A stretch of 64,000 nucleotides of DNA. Origin: Patescibacteria group bacterium (GTDB taxonomy: Bacteria > Patescibacteriota > WWE3 > UBA101185 > UBA10185). The DNA lies in contig JBMORU010000001.1 in the NCBI GenBank assembly GCA_049322215.1, positions 708,023 through 772,022 on the forward strand, in the 5' to 3' direction. Shown one piece after another: positions 1-9,534 of this stretch (position 1 is the first letter of the stretch; each line of letters opens with the position of its first letter). The notes under the pieces were generated by a model, which saw only the letters and a list, made by a program, of their open reading frames with translations, did no database searches and was not told the origin of the DNA. A program made the translations under genes and the position numbers.

Positions 1-459
1 CACGATGCCATCAACGAACTGGTACCCTGGACTCGCATGGTGACCCCGTTTAATCCTATGAGCATTGTGTTGCCAATTGCTATGCAGTGGAATTACGTTT
101 TAAAAACCTCATATGGATCTTCAGGTAACGAGGTTCACATGGGTCGAAAAACGTTTCCTCTGCTGTGGTGGATGCACATGCTCAAAAGCCTCGTGACTCA
201 CGATAGTGTAGTTCAAAAAATGGATACACATGGTGGTTACGATTGGCCAATTTACCATGACGGTGAATTCGGTATTCAACGGCGCATCACCGATGTGAAC
301 CCTCACATTTTTGGTGGAACTGCTCCCGGAACTGCCATCGTTCGTTTTGGTTCGCCAAAGGGGCACCCTATTAACGTAGGTAATAGTGACCCAAGGCAAC
401 GAGGTGGTGTGTCATTACCGGTTTCTTCGGGTACCGTAATTCGTGCATTGAGAAGTTAA
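1..459 (+). CDS. hypothetical protein, 5'-truncated by window edge (cassette-type)
   Basis: Frame is open from base 1 to TAA 459, GC-richer than neighbours, followed by a long hairpin. Confidence 0.6.
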   Translation, partial: HDAINELVPWTRMVTPFNPMSIVLPIAMQWNYVLKTSYGSSGNEVHMGRKTFPLLWWMHMLKSLVTHDSVVQKMDTHGGYDWPIYHDGEFGIQRRITDVNPHIFGGTAPGTAIVRFGSPKGHPINVGNSDPRQRGGVSLPVSSGTVIRALRS

Positions 460-503
460 TTCTGGCGCGTAACAACGAGAGCGAAACAAATAGAGAGAGA
501 TTC

Positions 504-546
504 CTCAAGTATCAAGTTAGTATTTAAATTTAATTTGGTACTTGAG
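504..546 (+). terminator. 17-bp imperfect hairpin, probable terminator
   Basis: CTCAAGTATCAAGTTAG / TTAATTTGGTACTTGAG pair with G-U; no U-tract. Confidence 0.5.
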
Positions 547-614
547 CCTCTATTAAATTAGAAATGCTAAAATTTTTGTATTAAATTGAGTATTTCTGCT
601 TTAAGGGAGGAATT

Positions 615-1331
615 ATGAAAAAGCTTTTATTATTACAATTTAGAGATGATATCTCTAAAGATCACGAGGTTGCTTGTTTTAAACAAGTGCTTGGTGTAAC
701 AGATGAAGAGTTTAAACATATAAACACTATTACAGATGAAATATCTGAAACTCCAGAGGAGTTACTAAAAGACGTCAGTGCTGTGCTGCTTGGCGGATCA
801 GGTCAGTATGACTTATCAAAAAATCCTGAGCCAATAGTGAATGCCATAAAAAAAACTCAAAAATTATTTGACTATATTTTAGAAAACGATTTTCCAACTT
901 TAGGTGTTTGTTTTGGACATCAGTTTATTGCAAGTAAGCTTGGGTCTATGGTGGAATCAGTTAAAAGTATGAGTGAAGCTGGTAATGCTAAGGTTGAACT
1001 AACTGAAGAAGGTAAAAACGACAAGCTATTTGGCGAGCTGCCTGAGGTATATACCGTAACTACAGGGCACAAAGAAAGCGTAATGTCGCTCCCTGAAGGT
1101 ACAGTTTTACTAGCAACTAACGAAACGTGCCCTATACAGGCATATAAATACAAAGAAAACATTTACTGCATGCAGTATCACCCTGAGTTAAATAAGGAAA
1201 GCGTGCTTTACAGATTACAAATGTACCCTGAGTACATTGAAGGCGGTAAAGCTGAAAACAGTTTACCCGAACTACAAGACACTTCTGACGCATCAAAGGT
1301 ACTTGTTTTGTTTAAACAAAGTTATCTTTAA
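615..1331 (+). CDS. class I glutamine amidotransferase (GMP synthase-like)
   Basis: GVCFGHQ nucleophile motif and QYHPE His-Glu motif. Confidence 0.9.
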   Translation: MKKLLLLQFRDDISKDHEVACFKQVLGVTDEEFKHINTITDEISETPEELLKDVSAVLLGGSGQYDLSKNPEPIVNAIKKTQKLFDYILENDFPTLGVCFGHQFIASKLGSMVESVKSMSEAGNAKVELTEEGKNDKLFGELPEVYTVTTGHKESVMSLPEGTVLLATNETCPIQAYKYKENIYCMQYHPELNKESVLYRLQMYPEYIEGGKAENSLPELQDTSDASKVLVLFKQSYL

Positions 1332-1361
1332 GAAGTGTAAAAGTTTAGAAATGGTGGGCTC

Positions 1362-2171
1362 TTACGAGCCCACTATTTCGTCACCAACACTTAAGTTTAA
1401 TATTTTACTACCGTTTTCTCGCTGAACACCTATTTCAATAAACCTTTTATCTTTTATACCCGAACTTCCTGTAAATATTCCTGTTTCCCCATGCGGAACA
1501 TCTTTTAGTCTTTCGTAGAGCTTAATTTTTCCAAGCTTAGTGTTTACGTACCCTTGCACTATTTCTAGTTCTTCAGGCAGTAAAGTTGTTTTGCAATTAC
1601 CAAATGAGTCAATATACCAAACACAACTAGGTACAGTGGCGATTTCATTTATAGAAACTTCTTTGCTAGGAATTTCTATACCTTCATGCACCCATTTTGC
1701 TAGTTTTGGCAAATATTCGTAACTTCTAAATTGTGTATTTTCTATGTAGTCTGCTGTTTCTTTATTAACTAGCCCTTCCGAACTAGCAAATGCCATTACT
1801 GTAGGAATATCAGTTAAATTAACATGCTGAATTAAGTTAAGCTTTTTAATTAAAGACAGGGTTAGTCCTTCGTATGTGCTTACAACTAGTGTTTTTTCGT
1901 ACTTAAAAAAACAAAATGGGGTTCCGTTTAACCACTTTTTTTGTGTCCCTCCTCGTGGGGCTACGTTAACTGCCACTATACCTTCTTTGCCTTCTCCCGC
2001 ATCTAAAACATCTATTAAATTTCCTGCAGCCTCTAATTCAGCAACTGAAGAATTAAGAAACGAACTTACTCCTACAGTATTTACAGTACAACTAAATAAA
2101 GATGCAAACCTTGTAGTTTGCCGTCCAAAATCGTTTTCACTTTTACAATCAGTAATAATTGTTATAAACAT
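1362..2171 (-). CDS. SAM hydroxide adenosyltransferase / SAM-dependent halogenase family (DUF62)
   Basis: N-terminal ITIITD and C-domain YIDSFGNCKT motifs. Confidence 0.8.
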   Translation of the reverse strand: MFITIITDCKSENDFGRQTTRFASLFSCTVNTVGVSSFLNSSVAELEAAGNLIDVLDAGEGKEGIVAVNVAPRGGTQKKWLNGTPFCFFKYEKTLVVSTYEGLTLSLIKKLNLIQHVNLTDIPTVMAFASSEGLVNKETADYIENTQFRSYEYLPKLAKWVHEGIEIPSKEVSINEIATVPSCVWYIDSFGNCKTTLLPEELEIVQGYVNTKLGKIKLYERLKDVPHGETGIFTGSSGIKDKRFIEIGVQRENGSKILNLSVGDEIVGS

Positions 2172-2213
2172 ATTTTCCTAAAAAATTAGTAATTATAGGT
2201 ATTAAATTTTGTG

Positions 2214-2276
2214 TTAAGAAATTTGCCCGCTAAGGGGCATCATGGTAGGCATCATTGAAAAAATAGAGGTATTCAT
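2214..2276 (-). CDS. putative Met-rich leader peptide MNTSIFSMMPTMMPLSGQIS
   Basis: 20-aa ORF with AAAGG upstream, downstream of TTGACT-17-TAGTAT, ending 42 nt before the DUF62 gene. Confidence 0.5.
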   Translation of the reverse strand: MNTSIFSMMPTMMPLSGQIS

Positions 2277-2375
2277 ATGTGTAGCCTTTGTTTTGTCCAC
2301 GTTGAAATACTATAATATCAATGTTTATGAGTCAACTATAGTGTTATACTTAATAGCAATATTTAATTAAGGTAT

Positions 2376-2915
2376 ATGTTTATGAAAAACATGATTGTTC
2401 CTTTAGTTTTGGTTATCGCTGTAATAGGCGGTGTTTTATTTTTAAATTTTAATTCTGCTGAAGATTCCACAATAATAGAGCCCGTACCCTCAGCATTTCA
2501 AGTAGTTACAGAAGAAGAACCAATCACGGCAGCTGCAATTCCAGTTGAAGAAACAAACGCCGACTCTACGGAAAGTTCCAAAATCTCACTTACAGCAAAA
2601 AAGCCCGGTAGATATATAGACTACACTGCTACCTCTGTTACTGAAGCCGCTGAAAACAAAGGAAAAGCTGTATTGTTTTTTCATGCTGCTTGGTGCCCAA
2701 CATGTAAAGCAGCAGAAGAGGATATTTTGGCAAATGCAGATAAAATTCCGTCCGATTTAACAATAATTAAAACTGACTACGACACCGAAATAGAATTAAG
2801 AAAAAAATACGGAATAACTATTCAGCATACCTTTGTACAAGTTGATTCAGAGGGAAATCAAATATCTAAATGGGTAGGTGGAAACTTTTCTGAAATAGTA
2901 GAGAATATTGAATAA
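2376..2915 (+). CDS. membrane-anchored thioredoxin-like protein
   Basis: N-terminal TM and FHAAWCPTC motif. Confidence 0.85.
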   Translation: MFMKNMIVPLVLVIAVIGGVLFLNFNSAEDSTIIEPVPSAFQVVTEEEPITAAAIPVEETNADSTESSKISLTAKKPGRYIDYTATSVTEAAENKGKAVLFFHAAWCPTCKAAEEDILANADKIPSDLTIIKTDYDTEIELRKKYGITIQHTFVQVDSEGNQISKWVGGNFSEIVENIE

Positions 2916-2946
2916 TCTAGTTTAAATCTAGTACAATAAAAGCACT

Positions 2947-4260
2947 ATGAATCCCGAAGATACTCAGCAGGTTTCTATGCCGTCTGAACCACAGCAAGCA
3001 CAAGTACCGGTACAGCCCCAACAAGTACCTCAGGAATTTAAACCTCCTGAAAAGGGAAAAGGGGATGCTAAGCCCGTGAAAAAAAAGAAGAAGCCTTTGT
3101 TATTTATACTTATTCTCACTTTTTTAGTTTTTTTACTTGGCGGAGGGTATTACATTTATAGCACTTACGGTGGTTTTTCTATTCAGCCTCCAGTTGTTGA
3201 ACCAGAGCCCGAACCTGAGCCTGAGCCCACTCCTCAACCACAACCCGAACCTGAGCCTGAACCCGAAACTCAAGTGTATACAAATACTGAATTTGAGTTT
3301 CGTTTCGAATATCCTTTAAACGCTTCCTACGGAGAGCAAAATCCTTTTAGCAATGATCCATCTTACTTTTTTGTAGCGCATGCTGGAGAAAGGCAAGAGT
3401 CCGAAATTTTATCAGAAAAGGATATAGTAGATGGTTATATGTTTAAGATTGTAGTTCATAAAGATGTTTTAAACACAGACTTAAATAAATTCATTAGCGA
3501 CAAACGCAAGTTGTTTGCTGTAAATTGCTATACCTACACAGAAATATCAGATGTTTTTGATGCGACCCTTTCTACAGCTTTTGGTAAAACTTTTAATGTT
3601 ATAAATTGTGACCAAGATTACATAGAAACTATAGTTTTACGTGATGATTTTATATTCGAAATTGTTCAAGTTTACAGAGGCGACTTGGGTTTCAAACAAA
3701 AATATAAAAGTATAACCGACGAAATATACTCAAGTTTTGTTTTCACAAACACACTAAAACCCACACCAGTAGATTCTTGGAGTACATATCAAGCAAGCGA
3801 TGCTCGCCTAACATTTAAATATCCTCAATTATTAAGCCAAACTTGTTGTACAGTTTCGGGGCCAGTATTAGGAAAATCAACAAAACTAGTAGTTTTTGGT
3901 GATGCAGAAGGTAAAAGTCAAAGTGTAGAAACATCGTTTAACGGTTTTGGTGTATACAATGTAATGAATGAAAATAGAATTCCTTTTGAAGATTACGTTG
4001 AAGAACAAAAGCAGGCACTAATTGAAAACTACAGAGTAGTTATTGGGAGAAATCCAACAACAACAGAAGAAATGATAACTATAGACGGCCAAGAAGCTTA
4101 CTTATTAAAAGGGTATGCTTGGTGGGGCGATGTGGTTTTTGTGCAAGTCCCTGAGTCTAATAGAATAGCTGTATTTTCAATGACAGAAGTATCCCCAGGA
4201 GAATTTGAAAGTGTATTTAGAGAAATTTTAAGCACCGTTGAATTTATAAGACTTCCTTAA
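2947..4260 (+). CDS. membrane-anchored exported protein with Pro/Glu linker and PsbP-like repeats
   Basis: Single TM, PEPEP linker, two YTN..F.FEYP / TY...LTFKYP starts. Confidence 0.6.
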   Translation: MNPEDTQQVSMPSEPQQAQVPVQPQQVPQEFKPPEKGKGDAKPVKKKKKPLLFILILTFLVFLLGGGYYIYSTYGGFSIQPPVVEPEPEPEPEPTPQPQPEPEPEPETQVYTNTEFEFRFEYPLNASYGEQNPFSNDPSYFFVAHAGERQESEILSEKDIVDGYMFKIVVHKDVLNTDLNKFISDKRKLFAVNCYTYTEISDVFDATLSTAFGKTFNVINCDQDYIETIVLRDDFIFEIVQVYRGDLGFKQKYKSITDEIYSSFVFTNTLKPTPVDSWSTYQASDARLTFKYPQLLSQTCCTVSGPVLGKSTKLVVFGDAEGKSQSVETSFNGFGVYNVMNENRIPFEDYVEEQKQALIENYRVVIGRNPTTTEEMITIDGQEAYLLKGYAWWGDVVFVQVPESNRIAVFSMTEVSPGEFESVFREILSTVEFIRLP

Positions 4261-4347
4261 TAACCCATAGCCAATATTTTATATAAATGATAGAATTCAC
4301 TTAGTTTATCCGTAACTGAATGTCCAAATAGATAAAAGGAGATACAA

Positions 4348-4893
4348 ATGACACTTCGACAGGTATACGGTTTATTGTTTTTGATTTTAGCTGCAATCAT
4401 GCTTTTTGTCCCCGAAAGAACTCTTCAAAAATTTTCGGTGGACTTCAACACTATTCCTGCATGGATTCGTGTTGGGCTATTTGTAGTTGGAATCAGTATT
4501 CTTTTTGCGTCCGTCAATTTATGGACGAGCTGGGAAACACCTTTTTTAGAAACAAATGGTGTGGTGACCAGCAAGTTGTTAGGAAATTCGCTTAGGTTGC
4601 ACCCCCTGGCTGCCGGCGCATACATGATTGGCTTCTGGCTTTTGATTCCAGTAGCCTACAGTGTTGGAGGTACAGGTTTGGCTGCTGTTGCATGGGTAGC
4701 GGTAGGACCAATTTTCGAGATTCTTCAGGCAGTATTAGTTACAATCAAGGCCTTTGGGATTGGAATTTTTATTCAAAACCCCAGCTTTGGTTTACTACTG
4801 CTAGGAATTATCTTGAGTATTGTGGCCTTGTCCTACCTTACTGATCAGCTTTTCACCCGTGCTGAAGCTGCCTTAGCAACCGGCGGATCTTAG
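4348..4893 (+). CDS. hypothetical multi-pass membrane protein (cassette)
   Basis: AAGGAGA SD, hydrophobic ORF, own terminator. Confidence 0.75.
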   Translation: MTLRQVYGLLFLILAAIMLFVPERTLQKFSVDFNTIPAWIRVGLFVVGISILFASVNLWTSWETPFLETNGVVTSKLLGNSLRLHPLAAGAYMIGFWLLIPVAYSVGGTGLAAVAWVAVGPIFEILQAVLVTIKAFGIGIFIQNPSFGLLLLGIILSIVALSYLTDQLFTRAEAALATGGS

Positions 4894-4894
4894 T

Positions 4895-4949
4895 AGGAGT
4901 CACCGTATACACTGTTTTTTATAGTGTTTGCGGTGTCTCCTTTTTTTTT
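4895..4949 (+). terminator. intrinsic terminator
   Basis: GGAGTCACCGTATACACT / AGTGTTTGCGGTGTCTCC followed by T9. Confidence 0.8.
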
Positions 4950-4950
4950 C

Positions 4951-5003
4951 AAAAAAAGAGGGCATAACTATGTTTGGTTTTTTTCCGAAACATAGTTATA
5001 CCC
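4951..5003 (-). terminator. intrinsic terminator of 5040..5837
   Basis: GGGTATAACTATGTTTCGG / CCAAACATAGTTATGCCC then T-tract on minus strand. Confidence 0.8.
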
Positions 5004-5039
5004 AGTTGTATTTAAGAGCCTATAAATAAATTACCAATA

Positions 5040-5837
5040 CTAGCACTTGGAAGGATCTCCTAACGAGCCATCGCCTGTGAACCCTGACTTGTGATATCCA
5101 TCGTCGAAGCCAGAAAGACCAAAACCTTCCATATAAAAAAACAGATCTCCAACACCAGGACCAGCCAACACCTTAATAGCAATAACTGGTTCGGGGTTTA
5201 TAACACCTGTACAAAACTCAAATGTACCAGATGCATAGTACTTTTGCAGTTCTAGTCTGTTTCTTTTTCCAGCGGCATTTGGACTTTCATATTCTTCTCT
5301 GATTTCAGAATTTTTAAGGTCACAATATTTATATTCTCCACTACGGCGCAGTGTTGCTTCATTAATTGTAACTACCTGATGATATTGAGTGTACCAGGTA
5401 GCTCCAACAGCTTTGTAGTAAGAGTCTATCCACATTGCTCCATCTAACGGCACGTTATTTCCTTCAGTGTAAGTTACCCATTCCCAATCACCTCTAACAG
5501 GATCAAGAGTATAGGCTGCAGGTTCTCCATTTGAGCATTGAACGTTTCCATAAACTGGATACGGCGCCCAAGAAGTATCTGCACGTCGTCTTATTTGTCC
5601 TGCCTGCAAAATGAATTCTTCCCAGTTGCTTCCCTTCCACATACGAATTTCACCATTGGGTCCTGAGCTAAATTGAATTAGTTCCTGTCCCGTGGTGCCA
5701 TTGATGTAGTGAGTTTTTCCATTGACAATGAAATCTCGCAAATCAACAGAATATGCGGCCTTAGCGGAATTAACCGTTAACAAAACACTTGCCAGTAAAA
5801 ACAATAAAACGATCGGTAAGCTTACCTTATACTTCAT
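5040..5837 (-). CDS. secreted hypothetical protein (cassette)
   Basis: Signal peptide ending AKA, AAGGAGA SD, TTGCAA...TATAAT promoter. Confidence 0.75.
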   Translation of the reverse strand: MKYKVSLPIVLLFLLASVLLTVNSAKAAYSVDLRDFIVNGKTHYINGTTGQELIQFSSGPNGEIRMWKGSNWEEFILQAGQIRRRADTSWAPYPVYGNVQCSNGEPAAYTLDPVRGDWEWVTYTEGNNVPLDGAMWIDSYYKAVGATWYTQYHQVVTINEATLRRSGEYKYCDLKNSEIREEYESPNAAGKRNRLELQKYYASGTFEFCTGVINPEPVIAIKVLAGPGVGDLFFYMEGFGLSGFDDGYHKSGFTGDGSLGDPSKC

Positions 5838-5880
5838 AGCTAGTTATCTCCTTATTTAGCTGGTTTATAGCTCTACTTAT

Positions 5881-5909
5881 ATTATAACCTATAGTAAGTA
5901 GTGTTTGCA
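5881..5909 (-). promoter_or_regulatory. sigma70 promoter with CTATAGG in spacer
   Basis: TTGCAA-ACACTACTTACTATAGG..-TATAAT on minus strand. Confidence 0.6.
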
Positions 5910-6023
5910 ATGAATATGTAACTATAATTAAAAGAGGGATATTGTCTGTAGGCTTATAGTTTGAATAATTACCAATTATTTCATATAATTGTACCCTTAG
6001 AACAAATAAAAGGAGATAAATAA

Positions 6024-6566
6024 ATGGACGAAAATAGTAGACTTAAATCACTAGAGAAGAATTCAAACGTAAATCAAGCTGCCGAGGCAAAGTGGTTTAA
6101 CTTTGGATTTGGGGTTTTAGTAGCAATTGCACTTAACGTTTGGCTTATTGGCTGGGCGTTTAAATACTCTGGGAACCCGCTAGTTGTATTTGCCCTAGTG
6201 CCTGGCTTTTTAGCTTGTATAGCTGTTTGGCATCAAAAAGGCCCTCAGGTTTGGGGAAGTATTTTGGTGCAAGCTGTAGGTTACCATTCAATCTATGTCG
6301 CGGTTAAGACTTCTGAGCAAGAAATTGCGTTGTGGGCAATTTTTTATGTGGTTGCCTTAATGTTGCTCATACGTTACAGCCCGGTAGATTTTGACGCAAT
6401 GGAACCTTTTGGGGTTGCAATTGTAGCCTCAATTTTGATTGGCCTGGTAACGTACGGTATTCAAAAAACATATGAACCTAAGTTGATTCATGGAATATTG
6501 CTTATTTCCGTGCTTACAGGTTTGTGGGATTTTCGGAAACAAGTTTTGGAGTTTTGGAAGAGTTGA
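6024..6566 (+). CDS. hypothetical multi-pass membrane protein (cassette)
   Basis: AAGGAGA SD, several TM segments. Confidence 0.75.
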   Translation: MDENSRLKSLEKNSNVNQAAEAKWFNFGFGVLVAIALNVWLIGWAFKYSGNPLVVFALVPGFLACIAVWHQKGPQVWGSILVQAVGYHSIYVAVKTSEQEIALWAIFYVVALMLLIRYSPVDFDAMEPFGVAIVASILIGLVTYGIQKTYEPKLIHGILLISVLTGLWDFRKQVLEFWKS

Positions 6567-6570
6567 TTAA

Positions 6571-6617
6571 ATTAGCAAATCGTTTTTGATTGTATTTTCA
6601 AAAAACGATTTGCTAAT
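6571..6617. terminator. probable bidirectional terminator
   Basis: ATTAGCAAATCGTTTTT / AAAAACGATTTGCTAAT inverted repeat between convergent genes. Confidence 0.75.
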
Positions 6618-6625
6618 CCTATTTG

Positions 6626-6979
6626 TTAGGCAAGTGCCCAGGCTGCAATTTCTTCTGCTTTTTTGTTGATTTTAGTCGCAGTATTAAGTTTACCCGTGTG
6701 CACAACCCATCTGTTACCTTTTTTTCCTCCACGCGGAAGATTTTCAGTATAAGCATCGGTTGCAAATACTGCTCCTGGATCAGTTGGGCTGTTTTGTACT
6801 GCAAACAACCTTACGGTGTCGCTTTTCCCAACAATTTTTGTACCAATACCTTGCTTACGTAGCATTTCAACAATAGTAATGGCCAGTAACGGAGTTTCGT
6901 TTGTTACAACTACATGCACAATTTTTTGGTTGCGCAGCTTTTTTTCTCGCTCTAATAGCTTTTCATATGGAATCGCCAT
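6626..6979 (-). CDS. hypothetical protein (cassette, second gene)
   Basis: AAGGAG SD, coupled to 6990..7253. Confidence 0.7.
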   Translation of the reverse strand: MAIPYEKLLEREKKLRNQKIVHVVVTNETPLLAITIVEMLRKQGIGTKIVGKSDTVRLFAVQNSPTDPGAVFATDAYTENLPRGGKKGNRWVVHTGKLNTATKINKKAEEIAAWALA

Positions 6980-6989
6980 GGTTTGCTCC

Positions 6990-7253
6990 TTATTTTTTGC
7001 TCTCTTCGTCTAAGCAGGCAATTGCTTTTTTGTTGTCAGCATACACACGTACAATCAGGCGTCTTGATGCCAGTTTTCCCTTTCGGTGGTGCATTACGTA
7101 AACAACGTCTCTGTACTTTCTGCCAGTGCCTTCTTCAATTTTTAAACCAAAGCAGTTTTCTTTGCCTTGACGCCATTGACGGCCGTACTTTTCTTGTCTA
7201 ACAACTCGTGCAAATTCGATTGCCTGTTTTTGTGACAATTGTAATTCGTTCAT
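6990..7253 (-). CDS. small basic hypothetical protein (cassette)
   Basis: AAAGGAG SD; promoter CCTATAG-TTGCAA-16-TATAAT. Confidence 0.7.
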   Translation of the reverse strand: MNELQLSQKQAIEFARVVRQEKYGRQWRQGKENCFGLKIEEGTGRKYRDVVYVMHHRKGKLASRRLIVRVYADNKKAIACLDEESKK

Positions 7254-7392
7254 GTTTACACTCCTTTATCTTATTTGTAGTTTAGAAATTATAGCTTTAT
7301 ATCGAAATATTGCAACTATAGGTTTTGGTGTATAATTATATTATAGGTTAAAAAATCTAGTGAATAATGATAAGTCGAAAACAGGAGATAAC

Positions 7393-8388
7393 ATGTTAAA
7401 TCGTGGTGCATTAACCTTTCTGATTATCGTTTTGATGATCGGCTCTGCCTTGATGTTTCGCCCGGCAACTGCTAAAGAAGATGGGGATAGTTACACTTAT
7501 CTCCCGCTTGTTATTGGTGGAAGTGATGCTACTCCAGCGCCTCCCCCAGAGCCAATTGCAGTACCAAATGGTCTTGCCTTTATTGAAGGGAATAGTGTTA
7601 CAGGCTTTTTCGAAAATAACCAAATTGAAGAAGTTTCATTAGCCACCTTCAATGATGCAACAGTTTGTGCAGGCATCTTGTGGATTGCAGATAACAATGG
7701 TATTGGATATGTAACAGCCCAAGGGGTTAGTTACGTATCTAATGTTGTAACCACTGTTATAGCTTCCCACCAAAAAACAGATACTTGCTACATAACCCTT
7801 GTCGATTCAAACTTACGTCTTGTAGTTTACAGTATTTCTGACTTGACGCTTACTGAAGAATGGTCGCAAGCTTTATTGTCAAATATGAATCCGTTAATTG
7901 ATATTGAGCTTGTTGCTCTCGATGAAGTTTACGTTTCTTCGGCTTTGGGAATTAGCAAAGTGCAACCACAGATGCACCAGTTTTATTCGCCAATCGGTGA
8001 TGTGGTTGACTTTGAAGTAAGCGCAAATTATGTAGTATTTGTCAGCGATGCGGGAGTACCAGAAATTTACGTAATTTCCCGAGATCCCTGGCAAGAAGTG
8101 GGTAGAAGTGAAAATACATTTGGGTTTTTAACAAAGCTCAATGGTATTGCAGTTTCTTCCGACGAAAGCGAAATATTAGTAACTGTTTCAACCTTTACGC
8201 AACAGTTTAGTGTTGAAAGTTACGATTTTGGTTTTATGCAAATATGTGCTGAAACGTATCAAGCTGACTCGGCAACTTACTTTAACGGTAATTTCTATGT
8301 AGGAGATGAAGGGCTTTCAACGGTTCAAAACTGTCAAATTACAAACAGTTGGCCAACCACAGAAGTCATAACAAACTTCATCAAATAG
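7393..8388 (+). CDS. secreted beta-rich (possibly propeller) protein (cassette)
   Basis: ATG 7393 after AGGAGA, signal peptide, YLPLVIGG and Pro linker. Confidence 0.7.
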   Translation: MLNRGALTFLIIVLMIGSALMFRPATAKEDGDSYTYLPLVIGGSDATPAPPPEPIAVPNGLAFIEGNSVTGFFENNQIEEVSLATFNDATVCAGILWIADNNGIGYVTAQGVSYVSNVVTTVIASHQKTDTCYITLVDSNLRLVVYSISDLTLTEEWSQALLSNMNPLIDIELVALDEVYVSSALGISKVQPQMHQFYSPIGDVVDFEVSANYVVFVSDAGVPEIYVISRDPWQEVGRSENTFGFLTKLNGIAVSSDESEILVTVSTFTQQFSVESYDFGFMQICAETYQADSATYFNGNFYVGDEGLSTVQNCQITNSWPTTEVITNFIK

Positions 8389-8393
8389 CATTT

Positions 8394-8443
8394 ATCCCTC
8401 GGTTTAGAATATGCACGCATATCTAAATCGGGGGATTTTTTTT
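8394..8443 (+). terminator. intrinsic terminator
   Basis: ATCCCTCGGTTTAGAATATGC / GCATATCTAAATCGGGGGAT followed by T-tract. Confidence 0.8.
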
Positions 8444-8525
8444 ACCTATGCAAGTAACTTAGATGCAAACTGCATAAGAGCCGCATCGTTCATTTTATTT
8501 ATATGGTTTTATGTATAATTTAACT

Positions 8526-9425
8526 ATGGATGCTGCTGTACTTGAAATGGAAAGGATCAATCAAAATGAAGATGCGCCTATAACTGAAATAGGCGATAGA
8601 GAGGCGCGTTTTGAGATAAATAAAGTTGGTAACTTATGTGCCTCTGATAATCCAGAACTAGAACTGCGTGATGCAATAACCCCTTTAAGGCATGCTTATG
8701 TTGATTTATTTAAATCTAATATGGCATTTGAAAAGCTTTACGATAAAGACGACACATTGGCTAGAAGTACTGATGGAATAAATTTACTGATTAACGAAAT
8801 GCCTCCAGGTATGGAACAAGAAGAAATTATGCTCACAGAAGCTCGCACATTAGTGCAAAGTGTTTTAGATGCTCGGGATAACTTTAAAGAAAACCGCTTT
8901 AATTGGCAAAACAGCATTACTCCCACAATGCGCTTAACTACAGATGCAGAGGAACATGTAGCAATAGCATATAGAGGTATGTTTCCCAGTGGGGAATTTG
9001 TAGAAAAGAGCGATTTAGCAACGCAAATAGATGAACTAGATATTTACACCAATGGTGTAGCACATGAATTTGAATCTAGTTACTATTCTGTAAGACAGCA
9101 AACAGTAAGGGGGAGTCAGTCTATATCATATTTAGAAAGTATGCGTGCTACTGGAGAAAATAGTAAAAATAAATTAGATCTTGCTCTTGAACAGTTGGAA
9201 ATTGTAGAACATACATATAGAAATCGTGCATATGAAGAAGAGGAACTTTCTGTAAGAAGGCTTCGGCTTGATTTAGAAGAACTTCGTTTGGAGATGAGTA
9301 GGGGGCTGCTTGATATAGAAGACAAAGAAGTAAACTTTGTGGCAAAAGGTTCTCAGGCTACAGATAGGCTGATTGATGCTTCTTCTAAGTATGAGGCACT
9401 TAATAGTAATGTTGCTAAAGTGTAG
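8526..9425 (+). CDS. acidic coiled-coil hypothetical protein
   Basis: Long ORF; ATG 6 nt after TATAAT (leaderless-type). Confidence 0.65.
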   Translation: MDAAVLEMERINQNEDAPITEIGDREARFEINKVGNLCASDNPELELRDAITPLRHAYVDLFKSNMAFEKLYDKDDTLARSTDGINLLINEMPPGMEQEEIMLTEARTLVQSVLDARDNFKENRFNWQNSITPTMRLTTDAEEHVAIAYRGMFPSGEFVEKSDLATQIDELDIYTNGVAHEFESSYYSVRQQTVRGSQSISYLESMRATGENSKNKLDLALEQLEIVEHTYRNRAYEEEELSVRRLRLDLEELRLEMSRGLLDIEDKEVNFVAKGSQATDRLIDASSKYEALNSNVAKV

Positions 9426-9534
9426 AGCTAAGCTTAGGATTGGTTATCCTATGGAGATTTGTTTGACCACTTTTAGCTTACTTTTTTAGGAACTATACTA
9501 TGTAATGCCTCCTGATTAGTTTATACTTTAATAT

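Noticed and set aside
3200-3270. GAACCTGAGCCTGA tandem repeats
   Set aside because: They encode a Pro-Glu linker within a CDS.
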